28,473 nt of DNA from an uncultured Gammaproteobacteria bacterium (GCA_965363775.1 CBDTVF010000001.1:1-28473); one strand, 5' to 3'. Positions 1 through 8,879 are shown, counted from the stretch's first letter. Made by a program: numbers and translations. Notes: generated by a model from the sequence alone, not told the origin.

Positions 1-982
1 AGAGGAACTCTCCAAACAGGCTCGTCATCTGTTCCGGTGGGAATGCAATCTCAGCGGGCAGGGTGTCGAGGTATTGGGTCATGCAGACAAAGGATGAGAG
101 TTTCGGAGCCTGGCATTCAAAACCGCTGAAGTCCGGCTGTACAAATGCCTGGCTGATTTCACGAGCCCTGTCTGCCCTGAAGTTGATAAATATCAGGGCG
201 TCTTCGTCCTTGATACCGGTAAAAGAATCGATGGTGGTCGGGCTGACAAATTCATCGCTTTCATCACGCTCATAGGCAGACTGCAGAGCGGTTTCAGCAC
301 TACCGTTTGTAAAACCTGCCTCGCCCTTGACCAGCATGTCCCAGGCTTTTTCAACCCGGTCCCATCGCTGGTCGCGATCCATCGTGTAGTAACGACCGCA
401 TACGGTGGCAAACTCCGCATTCTGGTAGTTGTCCAGGCAGTTTTGCATTTTCTGGATTGAGGATAGAGCGCTTCGGGGTGGTGTGTCGCGTCCGTCGAGG
501 ATGGCATGCACTTTGATATTGTGGGCACCCTGGCTGGCGGCCATTTGTACCATTGCCAGGAAATGATCATCGTGACTGTGAACGCCACCCGGCGATAACA
601 GACCCATGATATGCAAAGTGGACTGATGAGTGCGGCTGGCCTCTATGGCTTTAACAAGTGCCGGGTTGCTCTTGATACTGCCGTCTTGAATCGCATTGCT
701 GATACGAGTGAAATTCTGAAAAACAATACGCCCGGCGCCAATATTCATATGGCCGACTTCAGAATTACCCATCTGGCCGGAAGGCAAACCAACAAACTCA
801 CCCGAGGTTTGGATGGTTGTCATGGCGCTGCGTTTCTTTAGTTGATCCCAGTTAGGCGTGCTGGCCTGGCTGATGGCGTTGTCCTCGGCATTTTCACGGT
901 AACCCCAGCCGTCCAAAATCATCAATACCAGAGGCCTGGCAGAGGGGTGAAATTCGGGCGATCGTTCTTTGCTTTCTGTCAT
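1..982 (-). CDS. gpmI: 2,3-bisphosphoglycerate-independent phosphoglycerate mutase (3' end outside window)
   Basis: Manual minus-strand translation from ATG 982 gives MTESKERSPEFHPSARPLVLMILDGWGYRENAEDNAISQASTPNW, and the same frame reads ...FVCMTQYLDTLPAEIAFPP at the window edge. LILDGWG and MTQY are iPGM signatures. Missing from the ORF track because it has no stop in the window. Confidence 0.96.
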   Translation of the reverse strand, partial: MTESKERSPEFHPSARPLVLMILDGWGYRENAEDNAISQASTPNWDQLKKRSAMTTIQTSGEFVGLPSGQMGNSEVGHMNIGAGRIVFQNFTRISNAIQDGSIKSNPALVKAIEASRTHQSTLHIMGLLSPGGVHSHDDHFLAMVQMAASQGAHNIKVHAILDGRDTPPRSALSSIQKMQNCLDNYQNAEFATVCGRYYTMDRDQRWDRVEKAWDMLVKGEAGFTNGSAETALQSAYERDESDEFVSPTTIDSFTGIKDEDALIFINFRADRAREISQAFVQPDFSGFECQAPKLSSFVCMTQYLDTLPAEIAFPPEQMTSLFGEFL

Positions 983-1281
983 AAAGTTTCCATATATCTG
1001 GCTAAAACCTGTACATTAGCCCCGGTTTTTTAAAAAACATGACACCGGGCCAAAATAAAATTTAATGATTATTCAAGTGTAATTGTGCGCTTGACTCTTG
1101 CAAATTCACACCCGTGCCACAACATGACACAGGCGCGCAGAGTGTGTAAAGGCCGCTACTAATTGACTGGACTTGAAAACCAGTACTACTGTGGACATAT
1201 TATTTCACATCATCCGCCTCGAATGTATTGAAACCAGATTTCCAGCTTAATACCACAGGAAAATCGTCAGGAGACCAAAAC

Positions 1282-1707
1282 GTGGAACAATTGATCGAAT
1301 TTGCAGGTAACAACGCGATGTTGGTGGCAGGTTTTGTCGCTATAGTGCTGTTACTTATCTGGACAGAAATCAGCCGGCACACACGGGGCTATACCGAGTT
1401 GACGCCACTTCAGGCAGTGCAGAAAATCAACCAGGAAAAAACGGCCATTGTGGATATTTCAACCGCTGCGGATTTTTCAAAGGGACACCTGGCAGGTGCA
1501 AAGCACATCGCCTTGTCCCGGTTCAGCAAACAGGATCCGGACATAGAAAAACTCAAATCCGGACCGGTGCTGGTGGTATGCAAGAACGGTCAGACCGCGC
1601 ACCAGGCAGCTGCCAAGCTGGTCAAATTGGGAGCGGCAGATGTGGCGGTTCTCAAGGGTGGCACGACACAGTGGAGATCGGATCAGTATCCCCTCGCAGT
1701 TAAATGA
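1282..1707 (+). CDS. Rhodanese-like protein with N-terminal membrane anchor (YibN-like)
   Basis: GTG start after an AGGAG RBS; hydrophobic N-terminus; FSKGHLAGAKHI, VVCKNG and LKGG..W motifs; lies upstream of secB. Confidence 0.9.
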   Translation: MEQLIEFAGNNAMLVAGFVAIVLLLIWTEISRHTRGYTELTPLQAVQKINQEKTAIVDISTAADFSKGHLAGAKHIALSRFSKQDPDIEKLKSGPVLVVCKNGQTAHQAAAKLVKLGAADVAVLKGGTTQWRSDQYPLAVK

Positions 1708-1712
1708 ACTAA

Positions 1713-1732
1713 TCGTCTGGTTATTCAGACGA
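1713..1732 (+). other. Stem-loop between the rhodanese gene and secB
   Basis: TCGTCTG-gttatt-CAGACGA with no U-tract, so function is unclear. Confidence 0.35.
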
Positions 1733-1811
1733 CGTAATGAGATAATTTTACATTGTCGCCTCACCCTTTCGTGACCGACATTAACCATTCAGACAAAAGA
1801 GAAATATGATC

Positions 1812-2321
1812 ATGGCAGACGAACAAAACCAGGTTGCGGCAACAAAAGAACAACCACCACAAGCTCAATTCCAGCTCCAGAAACTATATGTGAAAGATGT
1901 TTCTTTCGAGCTTCCCAACGCACCACAGATTTTCCAGGATGACGGTCAGGTTGAAATTAAACTGAACCTTGCTCAAAAAGTTGAGGCGCTCGCTGAAGGT
2001 GTACAGGAAGTTGTGCTGACTGTTACCGTCACGGCAACATTGGGTGAAAAAACAGCTTACCTCGTTGAAGTTCAGCAGGCAGGTATTTTCGCTATTACCG
2101 GTTTGAACGAACAATCCGAGCATGGGGCGGTGAATACGCTTTGTCCTCACACCCTGTTTCCCTATGCACGTCGTGTCATCACTGACCTGGTAGCCGAAGG
2201 TGGTTTCCCGCCGCTGGTACTGCAGCCGATCAATTTTGACCAGATTTACGCACAACGCATGCAGGAAGCTCAGGCGCAGGCAGGTGATGCCGTAGATATG
2301 GAAGTTCAGGGTAACGCTTGA
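1812..2321 (+). CDS. secB: Protein-export chaperone SecB
   Basis: QKLYVKDVSFELPNAP, EVQQAGIF, CPHTLFPYAR, GGFPPLVLQPINFD. Alternative start at 1806. Confidence 0.97.
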   Translation: MADEQNQVAATKEQPPQAQFQLQKLYVKDVSFELPNAPQIFQDDGQVEIKLNLAQKVEALAEGVQEVVLTVTVTATLGEKTAYLVEVQQAGIFAITGLNEQSEHGAVNTLCPHTLFPYARRVITDLVAEGGFPPLVLQPINFDQIYAQRMQEAQAQAGDAVDMEVQGNA

Positions 2322-2325
2322 CTGA

Positions 2326-3336
2326 ATGACTAAAGCTCCGACTATCGCAGTACTGGGTGCCGGCTCCTGGGGAACCGGCCTCGCCCTGCAACTGGATCGC
2401 AGTGGCTCACGCAGTATCCTGTGGGATCGTGATACAGAGAATTTATTAAAGATCCGCCAGGCACGTAGCAATGAGCGTTATCTACCGGGTATAGAAATAC
2501 CGGTCTCCATTGGTGTGGAGACCGATGTTCTTGATGCGGTTAAAGCGGCGGACCATGTACTCCTGGTGACACCCAGTCACGCATTTGCTTCAATCCTGAC
2601 GACGATTCGGGAAGTTCTGGTGCCGGGTCAGGGGGTCGCCTGGGCCTGCAAGGGTTTTGAACCGGGTAGTGGCCGCTTACTGCACCATGTGGCAACGGAT
2701 TTGTTGCCGGAAGGCACGCCACAGGCCATCGTTACCGGTCCCTCATTTGCAAAAGAGGTGGCCATGAACCTGCCCACGGCAGTGACCGTGGCGGGATCTG
2801 ATAGCACTTTCACCAAGGTCATGGCCAATGCCCTGCATGGTGGACGATTCCGTGCCTATACCAGCGATGACATGATCGGTGCTGAACTCGGCGGGGCCGT
2901 CAAGAATGTCATGGCAGTCGCTACCGGTATTTGTGATGGTATGAAACTCGGTGACAACGCCCGTGCAGCCCTGATTACCCGTGGTCTCGCAGAGATGATG
3001 CGTCTTGGTGTTGCGCTTAAGGCAAAACCTGAAACACTGATGGGCCTCGCAGGCGCAGGTGATTTGATTTTAACTTGCACCGGTGATTTGTCACGTAACC
3101 GGCAACTGGGTCTGAAACTTGGCCAGGGTAAAACACTTGAAACCGCACTCGATGAAATCGGCCAGGTGGTTGAGGGTGTCAACAGTTCCGCTGAAGTTCA
3201 ACGCCTGTCACTCACACACGACATCAATATGCCGATCTCGGAACAGGTCAACGGTATTATTCATAAGGGTTGGGATCCGGTTGAAGGAGTGGCCCGGTTA
3301 ATGGCCAGGGAACAGAAGGCCGAGCACGGCGAATAG
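2326..3336 (+). CDS. gpsA: NAD(P)H-dependent glycerol-3-phosphate dehydrogenase
   Basis: GAGSWGT, GPSFAKEV, GGAVKNV, GDLILTCTGDLSRN; follows secB. Confidence 0.97.
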   Translation: MTKAPTIAVLGAGSWGTGLALQLDRSGSRSILWDRDTENLLKIRQARSNERYLPGIEIPVSIGVETDVLDAVKAADHVLLVTPSHAFASILTTIREVLVPGQGVAWACKGFEPGSGRLLHHVATDLLPEGTPQAIVTGPSFAKEVAMNLPTAVTVAGSDSTFTKVMANALHGGRFRAYTSDDMIGAELGGAVKNVMAVATGICDGMKLGDNARAALITRGLAEMMRLGVALKAKPETLMGLAGAGDLILTCTGDLSRNRQLGLKLGQGKTLETALDEIGQVVEGVNSSAEVQRLSLTHDINMPISEQVNGIIHKGWDPVEGVARLMAREQKAEHGE

Positions 3337-3369
3337 AAGCCTATTATTGACGTTGTTATCAACGACGGC

Positions 3370-3834
3370 TCAAGCTCCATTCTTAAACCCCAACTGACGC
3401 CATGCCTCATACAGGCCGATAGCCACTGTATTGGACAGGTTCAGGCTGCGCGAAGCATCGGCCATGGGCAGACGCAGACAGTAGTCAGCACCTGTTTCAG
3501 TTAACACCGAATCAGGCAAGCCACGTGTTTCAGGCCCGAACAACAAGCCGTCACCCGCCTGGAATTCAGCCTGGGTGTAAGGTTTGTTACCATGGGTACT
3601 GAAGGCCCATATTCTCATTTCAGGGTGTTCGGAGCGGAATTCTTCCCAGCTCAGGTACTGTCGCACACGCGTCATCTCCGCATAGTCCAGTCCGGCCCTC
3701 TTCAAGCGCGTATTATCAAGCTGAAACCCCAGTGGTCCAACGAGGTGCAATCGGGCGCCCGTGTTTGCACACAAACGAATGATATTGCCGGTATTCGGCG
3801 GGATTTCGGGCTCGTAGAGAATGATGTGCAGCAT
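3370..3834 (-). CDS. trmL: tRNA (cytidine/uridine(34)-2'-O)-methyltransferase (SPOUT)
   Basis: MLHIILYEPEIPPNTGNIIRLC, RAGLDY, FGPETRGLP, RSLNLSN. Start reassigned to ATG 3834. Confidence 0.95.
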   Translation of the reverse strand: MLHIILYEPEIPPNTGNIIRLCANTGARLHLVGPLGFQLDNTRLKRAGLDYAEMTRVRQYLSWEEFRSEHPEMRIWAFSTHGNKPYTQAEFQAGDGLLFGPETRGLPDSVLTETGADYCLRLPMADASRSLNLSNTVAIGLYEAWRQLGFKNGA

Positions 3835-3856
3835 AATACCCTGGTCGGTAGATTGT

Positions 3857-3888
3857 AAAAAACCCTGCCAGTATAGAACCTGGCAGGG
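3857..3888 (-). terminator. Rho-independent terminator of the 3916-4263 gene
   Basis: Minus strand reads CCCTGCCAG-gttctata-CTGGCAGGG-TTTTTT, about 27 nt after the stop. Confidence 0.8.
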
Positions 3889-3915
3889 CGTTGATGGTGA
3901 TGTTGGTTCAGACAA

Positions 3916-4263
3916 TCAGTCTTCGATGATGATTTCTTCCCTGATCACGATGACTTTATGAGCATCTGCGGAGTTGTGTTTTTCATGCAAGGCATCGTCA
4001 TCGAAATTCATTTCAAGTAATTCGCCATCCACATATATCTCAGCACCGTCAGCTGTACGTAAAATGTCGATGACCCTGCCACTCTCGGTTTCGATGGTTT
4101 GTGCCTCACCAACGGCGAGTGAACTGATATCGGTTTCAGTCAGCTCAAAATCACTCGTTTTGAGTGCAACAATCATTTTTTTCTGGTTTTCAGCCTGGAC
4201 AGAAGTTGCTGCCAGAATGACGAACGTTGCGAGGGCCAAACCGGTCTTAAAAAGGGTTTTCAT
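3916..4263 (-). CDS. Hypothetical secreted acidic protein (115 aa)
   Basis: GGAG RBS, signal peptide MKTLFKTGLALATFVILAATSVQA, acidic mature region, and its own terminator. Confidence 0.8.
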   Translation of the reverse strand: MKTLFKTGLALATFVILAATSVQAENQKKMIVALKTSDFELTETDISSLAVGEAQTIETESGRVIDILRTADGAEIYVDGELLEMNFDDDALHEKHNSADAHKVIVIREEIIIED

Positions 4264-4440
4264 TGGTGAATCTCCAAGTTTTTAAAATTTTGCGACGAAA
4301 CGAAAGCCTTTGTTAGCAAGGTCTTCATGACTTCCTAATAGGACGTGGTGAGCGTAAAAAACGTCGCAACTGTCGTAACTTTCTGAAATAGCATTGATAT
4401 TTTGGCAGCATAACCGATTTGGCCATACGCGAAAGTACAT

Positions 4441-4469
4441 TTGACAGCACCTCTTCCGGTCGGTATTGT
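4441..4469 (+). promoter_or_regulatory. Sigma70 promoter of nrdJa
   Basis: TTGACA (4441-4446), 17-nt spacer, TATTGT (4464-4469). Confidence 0.8.
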
Positions 4470-4481
4470 CTTCCCCCTCAG

Positions 4482-4497
4482 ACACAATATCTTGTGT
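4482..4497. promoter_or_regulatory. NrdR box 1
   Basis: ACACAATATCTTGTGT matches the consensus acaCwAtATaTwGtgt and lies upstream of an RNR gene. Confidence 0.92.
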
Positions 4498-4513
4498 CCG
4501 TCGAGAGGGGAAG

Positions 4514-4529
4514 ACACAATAGCTTGTGT
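4514..4529. promoter_or_regulatory. NrdR box 2
   Basis: ACACAATAGCTTGTGT, offset 32 bp (about three helical turns) from box 1, the usual tandem arrangement. Confidence 0.88.
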
Positions 4530-4569
4530 CCAAAATTAAATAAAACCAAGTAATTAAGCAGGATAATTA

Positions 4570-6717
4570 ATGACCAGTGTTCGTGTTGAAGTCATAGGCA
4601 CTGATTTTCAAGCAGTTCCTTTCCAGGCAACGTCCCTGGATATCTGGGACAAGAAGTACCGTTTGAAATCCAAGATTGGCGAGTGCATCGACGCCGATAT
4701 TGATGACACCTATAAAAGAGTTGCATTAGCGGTATCAAGAGTCGAGAAAACCAAAGAATTGCGTGAGCAGTGCTACGAGTCATTTCTTTGGGCATTGCGA
4801 CGTGGTGCTATACCTGCCGGAAGGATTATTTCCAATGCCGGTGCGCGTGATCATAAGCCGGCAACCTCTACGATCAATTGTACCGTTTCGGGAACCATCA
4901 AGGATTCCATGAACGGCATACTGGATAAAGTTCATGAGGCGGGATTGACACTCAAGGCAGGCTGCGGCATTGGTTATGAGTTTTCAACCCTGCGGCCTAA
5001 AGGTGCCTACGTATCCGGTGCCGGTGCTTATACCTCGGGACCACTGAGCTTCATGGACATCTATGACAAGATGTGCTTCACCGTTTCTTCTGCCGGTGGC
5101 AGGAGAGGTGCGCAAATGGCTACCTTCGATATTGGGCACCCGGATGCCATGGAGTTTATCCGCGCCAAGCGTGAGGATGGTCGTCTGCGCCAGTTCAACT
5201 GCTCATTGCTGATCACCGATGAATTTATGCAGGCGGTCAGTGCAAATGAAGACTGGGCACTGGCGTTTCCGATTACCCCACAGGAAGCTACCGAGCTGGA
5301 TATTGATGATCCCGAACAGGTGCTTTGGCGGGAGTGGTCATTGGTTGATGATTATGTGACACGTGAGGACGGCCTGGTAGCCTGCAAGGTATACAAGCGG
5401 GTGCCCGCGCGTCGCATGTGGGACATGATCATGTCATCGACCTACGATTTTGCAGAACCTGGCTTTATCCTGATTGATCGTATCAATGAGATGAACAACA
5501 ACTGGTTTTGCGAGAATATCCGCGCAACCAACCCCTGTGGTGAACAGCCTTTGCCACCTTATGGGGCCTGCCTGCTGGGTTCAGTGAACCTGACACGATT
5601 TGTTGAACAAGCCTTTGATGATGCCGCAAGCTTTAACTGGGAAGAATACCGCAATGTTGTGAAGGTTTTCACGCGCATGTTAGATAATGTCGTTGAAATC
5701 AATGGCTTGCCACTCGGTAAGCAACGTGATGAAATTGAACGTAAACGTCGGCATGGCATGGGTTTCTTAGGTCTGGGATCATCACTGGCCATGTTGGGTA
5801 TGAAGTATGGCTCTGAAGAATCCCTGCAGTTCACCGAGAAAATTGCCCGTGAGATGGCCATTGCCGGTTGGCAGGAATCGCTGGAACTGGCACGGGAGAA
5901 AGGCCCGGCACCAGTGATGGAGGAAGAGTTCCGGGTGACTGCTGCCATGTTGCGTAAACGGCCGGAAATGGAGGCCGATGGTTACAGGATTGGAGATGCA
6001 ATACGTGGTTCCGTATTGCATGCAAAATATAGTCGTTACATGCAACAAATTGCGGAGATTGAACCTGAGTTGATTGAAGCGCTGGCTAAAGAAGGCGGTC
6101 GTTTCACACACCATACATCCATTGCGCCCACCGGTACGATTTCCCTGTCGCTGGCCAACAATGCTTCCAATGGTATCGAACCCAGCTTTGCCCATCACTA
6201 CAGCCGGAATGTCATCCGCGAAGGGAAAAAGTCCAAGGAAAAAGTAGAGGTGTTCAGCTATGAGTTGCTGGCTTACCGTTCTTTGGTAAACCCGAGCGCG
6301 ATGCCAGGGGCGACAGATGAAAAATTGAGCTTACCGGATCAGTTTGTTTCAGCGGATGAAGTTTCACCGACCGAACATGTTGATGTCCAGGCTGCGGCAC
6401 AGAAGTGGATCGATTCGTCCATCTCCAAAACAGCCAATGTGCCCACCGAATATCCTTACGAAAGTTTCAAAAATATCTATACCTATGCGCATAGCAAAGG
6501 ATTGAAAGGATGTACGACTTTCCGCTTTAATCCGGAAGCTTTTCAGGGTGTGCTGGTTAAAGAGGAAGACCTTGCAAATACCACCTATCGATTCGTGCTC
6601 GACGACGGTGAGGTTGTTGAAGCCAAGGGTAATGAAGAGATCGAGTACGATGGTGAGGTCCATACCGCAGCCAATCTGTTTGATGCGTTAAAAGAGGGCT
6701 ATTACGGCAAATTCTAG
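4570..6717 (+). CDS. nrdJ: Adenosylcobalamin-dependent (class II) ribonucleotide reductase, catalytic subunit NrdJa
   Basis: PAGRIISNAG, TINCTV, GGRRGAQM, ATNPCGEQPLPPYGACLLGS, SIAPTGTIS, QKWIDSSISKT, GLKGCTTFR; no ATP cone; no R2 gene adjacent. Confidence 0.95.
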   Translation: MTSVRVEVIGTDFQAVPFQATSLDIWDKKYRLKSKIGECIDADIDDTYKRVALAVSRVEKTKELREQCYESFLWALRRGAIPAGRIISNAGARDHKPATSTINCTVSGTIKDSMNGILDKVHEAGLTLKAGCGIGYEFSTLRPKGAYVSGAGAYTSGPLSFMDIYDKMCFTVSSAGGRRGAQMATFDIGHPDAMEFIRAKREDGRLRQFNCSLLITDEFMQAVSANEDWALAFPITPQEATELDIDDPEQVLWREWSLVDDYVTREDGLVACKVYKRVPARRMWDMIMSSTYDFAEPGFILIDRINEMNNNWFCENIRATNPCGEQPLPPYGACLLGSVNLTRFVEQAFDDAASFNWEEYRNVVKVFTRMLDNVVEINGLPLGKQRDEIERKRRHGMGFLGLGSSLAMLGMKYGSEESLQFTEKIAREMAIAGWQESLELAREKGPAPVMEEEFRVTAAMLRKRPEMEADGYRIGDAIRGSVLHAKYSRYMQQIAEIEPELIEALAKEGGRFTHHTSIAPTGTISLSLANNASNGIEPSFAHHYSRNVIREGKKSKEKVEVFSYELLAYRSLVNPSAMPGATDEKLSLPDQFVSADEVSPTEHVDVQAAAQKWIDSSISKTANVPTEYPYESFKNIYTYAHSKGLKGCTTFRFNPEAFQGVLVKEEDLANTTYRFVLDDGEVVEAKGNEEIEYDGEVHTAANLFDALKEGYYGKF

Positions 6718-6732
6718 GCGGAACATGGAAAA

Positions 6733-7458
6733 ATGACGATAAAGATCAACAAACACATAGCAGGATACGAAGTAGTCAAGCCGGAAGAGGAAGAGGCTGC
6801 ACGGGTGCGTGCCGCTGACGAAAAAGAAGCGCGTTCCTCGGCCAAGGTCATCCGCATGACTGAAAAAATCATGCGTCCCGAAGGTATGGAATCACTGGAA
6901 GGTTCTACCTACAAGATCAAGACGCCACTTGATGACCACGCCATGTATGTGACCATCAACGACATTACTCTGAACTCAGGCACCGAGCATGAGCAGCGCA
7001 GACCATTCGAGATTTTCATCAACTCCAAAAACATGGACCACTTCCAGTGGATCGTTGCCCTGACGAGGTTGATGTCGGCGGTTTTTCGCAAAGGCGGAGA
7101 TGTAACGTTCCTGGCTGAAGAACTACGGGCAGTATTTGATCCGAAAGGTGGTTATTTCAAACCCGGTGGTAGATTCATGCCCTCCATCATTGCAGAAATC
7201 GGTGATGTGATAGCGCACCACATGCAAAAAATTGGCCTGATGGAAAAAGAAGAGTTATCGGATCAGCAAAAGCTGCACCTTGAACAGAAACGCGCCGAAG
7301 TAGAAATCACTCAAAATAAATCCGCGACAGATCCAGCCGGAGAGGAAACTGGATACCCTGCCTCGGCGACCTTGTGCAACAAGTGTCATACCAAGGCAGT
7401 TGTAGTGATGGATAACTGTGCAACCTGCCTGTCCTGCGGATACTCTAAATGCGGTTAA
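6733..7458 (+). CDS. nrdJb: NrdJb, second component of the split class II RNR (TSCPD domain plus C-terminal Cys cluster)
   Basis: GSTYKIKTP, RRPFEIFINSKNM, AVFRKGGD, CNKC...CATCLSCGYSKCG; 15 nt after nrdJa. Confidence 0.9.
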   Translation: MTIKINKHIAGYEVVKPEEEEAARVRAADEKEARSSAKVIRMTEKIMRPEGMESLEGSTYKIKTPLDDHAMYVTINDITLNSGTEHEQRRPFEIFINSKNMDHFQWIVALTRLMSAVFRKGGDVTFLAEELRAVFDPKGGYFKPGGRFMPSIIAEIGDVIAHHMQKIGLMEKEELSDQQKLHLEQKRAEVEITQNKSATDPAGEETGYPASATLCNKCHTKAVVVMDNCATCLSCGYSKCG

Positions 7459-7482
7459 TATAGTTCGCATATTGTCATTCGC

Positions 7483-7498
7483 TGTTATTATGAATGTA
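7483..7498 (+). promoter_or_regulatory. Possible extended -10 promoter giving a leaderless deoA mRNA
   Basis: TG-T-TATTAT (7483-7491), 6 nt, then ATG at 7498; no Shine-Dalgarno upstream. Confidence 0.45.
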
Positions 7499-8808
7499 TG
7501 TTGTTGCCTGAAGAACTGATAAAAGCCAAGAGAGACGGTCAGGAACTCACTCCAGAAGCCATTAAGACCTTTGTCGATGGGATCGGTGGGGGGCAGGTAA
7601 GTGATGCCCAGATTGGTGCTTTCGCGATGGCGGTGCATTTCCAGAAAATGAGCATGGCAGAACAGTCTGCGCTTACCCTGGCCATGCGCGATTCCGGACA
7701 TTGCCTCGCCTGGCCTGATCTTGACGGGCCGGTTCTTGACAAGCACTCCACCGGCGGTGTCGGTGATCTTGTTAGCCTGGTTTTGGCTCCGGTGATGGCG
7801 GCCTGCGGTGCATATATTCCGATGATTTCCGGACGTGGTCTCGGCCATACCGGCGGAACACTTGACAAACTCGAGAGCATTCCTGGTTTCAACACTGGCG
7901 TCTCACAGCAGAAATTCACTCAGATCGTGCGGGAAACCGGGCTGGCGATAACGGGTCAGGGCAGCGAATTGGCCCCCGCAGATGGTCGGTTTTATGCTGT
8001 GCGCGATGTGACCGCCACGGTGGATTCAATCCCGCTGATCGTAGCTTCAATTTTATCCAAGAAACTGGCCGAAGGGCTGGATGGCCTGGTACTGGACATA
8101 AAAACCGGCAATGGCGCGTTCATGTGCGAACGCAACCGTGCAAGGGATCTGGCAGCCAATCTCATTGATGTGGCAACGATGGCGGGTTTGCCTTGTCGCG
8201 CATTGATCACCGATATGAATCAGCCGCTGGCCCGAAGTGCAGGTAATGCCCTGGAGATCATTGAAACCATCGAGTTTCTGAAGGGCGGTTACCGCCAGCC
8301 GCGACTGGAAGAGGTCATCTACTCACTGGGTTGTGAGTTGTTGTTGTTGAGTCGTCTGGCAGAGAGTCCGAAGAAAGCCAGGCTGATGTTGAACAGCGTG
8401 TTTGATACAGGAAAGGCCGCCGATCATTTTGCCCGTATGGTGAGCATGCAAGGTGGCCCATCGGACCTGTTGGAACAACCTGAAAAGTACTTGCCTGCAG
8501 CACCCGTGGTTCGTACTCTGACGGCACCACACAGTGGTTGCATAGAATATATGGATACCCGCGCGATTGGCCTTTGTATCGTTGGTCTGGGGGGAGGACG
8601 CAAAAGAGCTATAGACAAAATTGATCATCGTGTTGGTTTGTCGCAATTTTGCCTGGTTGGACAACAGGTAGGCAGCGGTGACCCACTGGTGATCATCCAT
8701 GCCGCAGATGAAACAAGTTGGCAGGCCGCTGCCGGAGAGCTTCTGGAAGCGATTGTCATAGGCAGGTGCAAGGACAGCCTGCCAGCGGTTTATGAACAAT
8801 TTCCATGA
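7498..8808 (+). CDS. deoA: Thymidine phosphorylase
   Basis: KRDG, DKHSTGGVGD, SGRGLGHTGGTLDKLESIPG, RDVTATV, SILSKKLA, LGGGR. Confidence 0.96.
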   Translation: MLLPEELIKAKRDGQELTPEAIKTFVDGIGGGQVSDAQIGAFAMAVHFQKMSMAEQSALTLAMRDSGHCLAWPDLDGPVLDKHSTGGVGDLVSLVLAPVMAACGAYIPMISGRGLGHTGGTLDKLESIPGFNTGVSQQKFTQIVRETGLAITGQGSELAPADGRFYAVRDVTATVDSIPLIVASILSKKLAEGLDGLVLDIKTGNGAFMCERNRARDLAANLIDVATMAGLPCRALITDMNQPLARSAGNALEIIETIEFLKGGYRQPRLEEVIYSLGCELLLLSRLAESPKKARLMLNSVFDTGKAADHFARMVSMQGGPSDLLEQPEKYLPAAPVVRTLTAPHSGCIEYMDTRAIGLCIVGLGGGRKRAIDKIDHRVGLSQFCLVGQQVGSGDPLVIIHAADETSWQAAAGELLEAIVIGRCKDSLPAVYEQFP

Positions 8809-8879
8809 GAAAATGGAATAAGCGCAAATACAGTGCGAATACAATAAACAAAGCAGAATATGAAAGAGGATTAGTATGA
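8805..8879 (+). other. 24-aa mini-ORF bridging deoA and deoD (MRKWNKRKYSANTINKAEYERGLV)
   Basis: ATGA overlap with the deoA stop (8805-8808) and with the deoD start (8876-8879). Translation is unproven. Confidence 0.35.

Noticed and set aside
63..1033. Track ORFs 63-275, 193-588, 611-841 and 842-1033
   Set aside because: These are shadow frames of gpmI, which occupies 1-982 on the minus strand.
1172..1200. Sigma32-like promoter CTTGAAA...GGACATAT before rhodanese-secB
   Set aside because: The -10 element deviates from CCCCAT, so support is insufficient.
1708..1811. grxC remnant between the rhodanese gene and secB
   Set aside because: No CPYC or glutaredoxin-like frame is visible.
3835..3915. 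27-aa N-terminal extension of TrmL
   Set aside because: It runs through the upstream terminator; homology starts at Met 3834.
4482..4529. Mini-CRISPR or IS end
   Set aside because: Only two 16-bp palindromes, fully explained as NrdR boxes; no cas or transposase gene.
4264..4569. Cobalamin or c-di-GMP riboswitch near nrdJ
   Set aside because: No recognisable conserved cores; the predicted nrdJ leader is under 100 nt and is taken up by NrdR boxes.
4570..6717. Intein or intron in the RNR
   Set aside because: Normal length and contiguous motifs; no splice-junction signatures.
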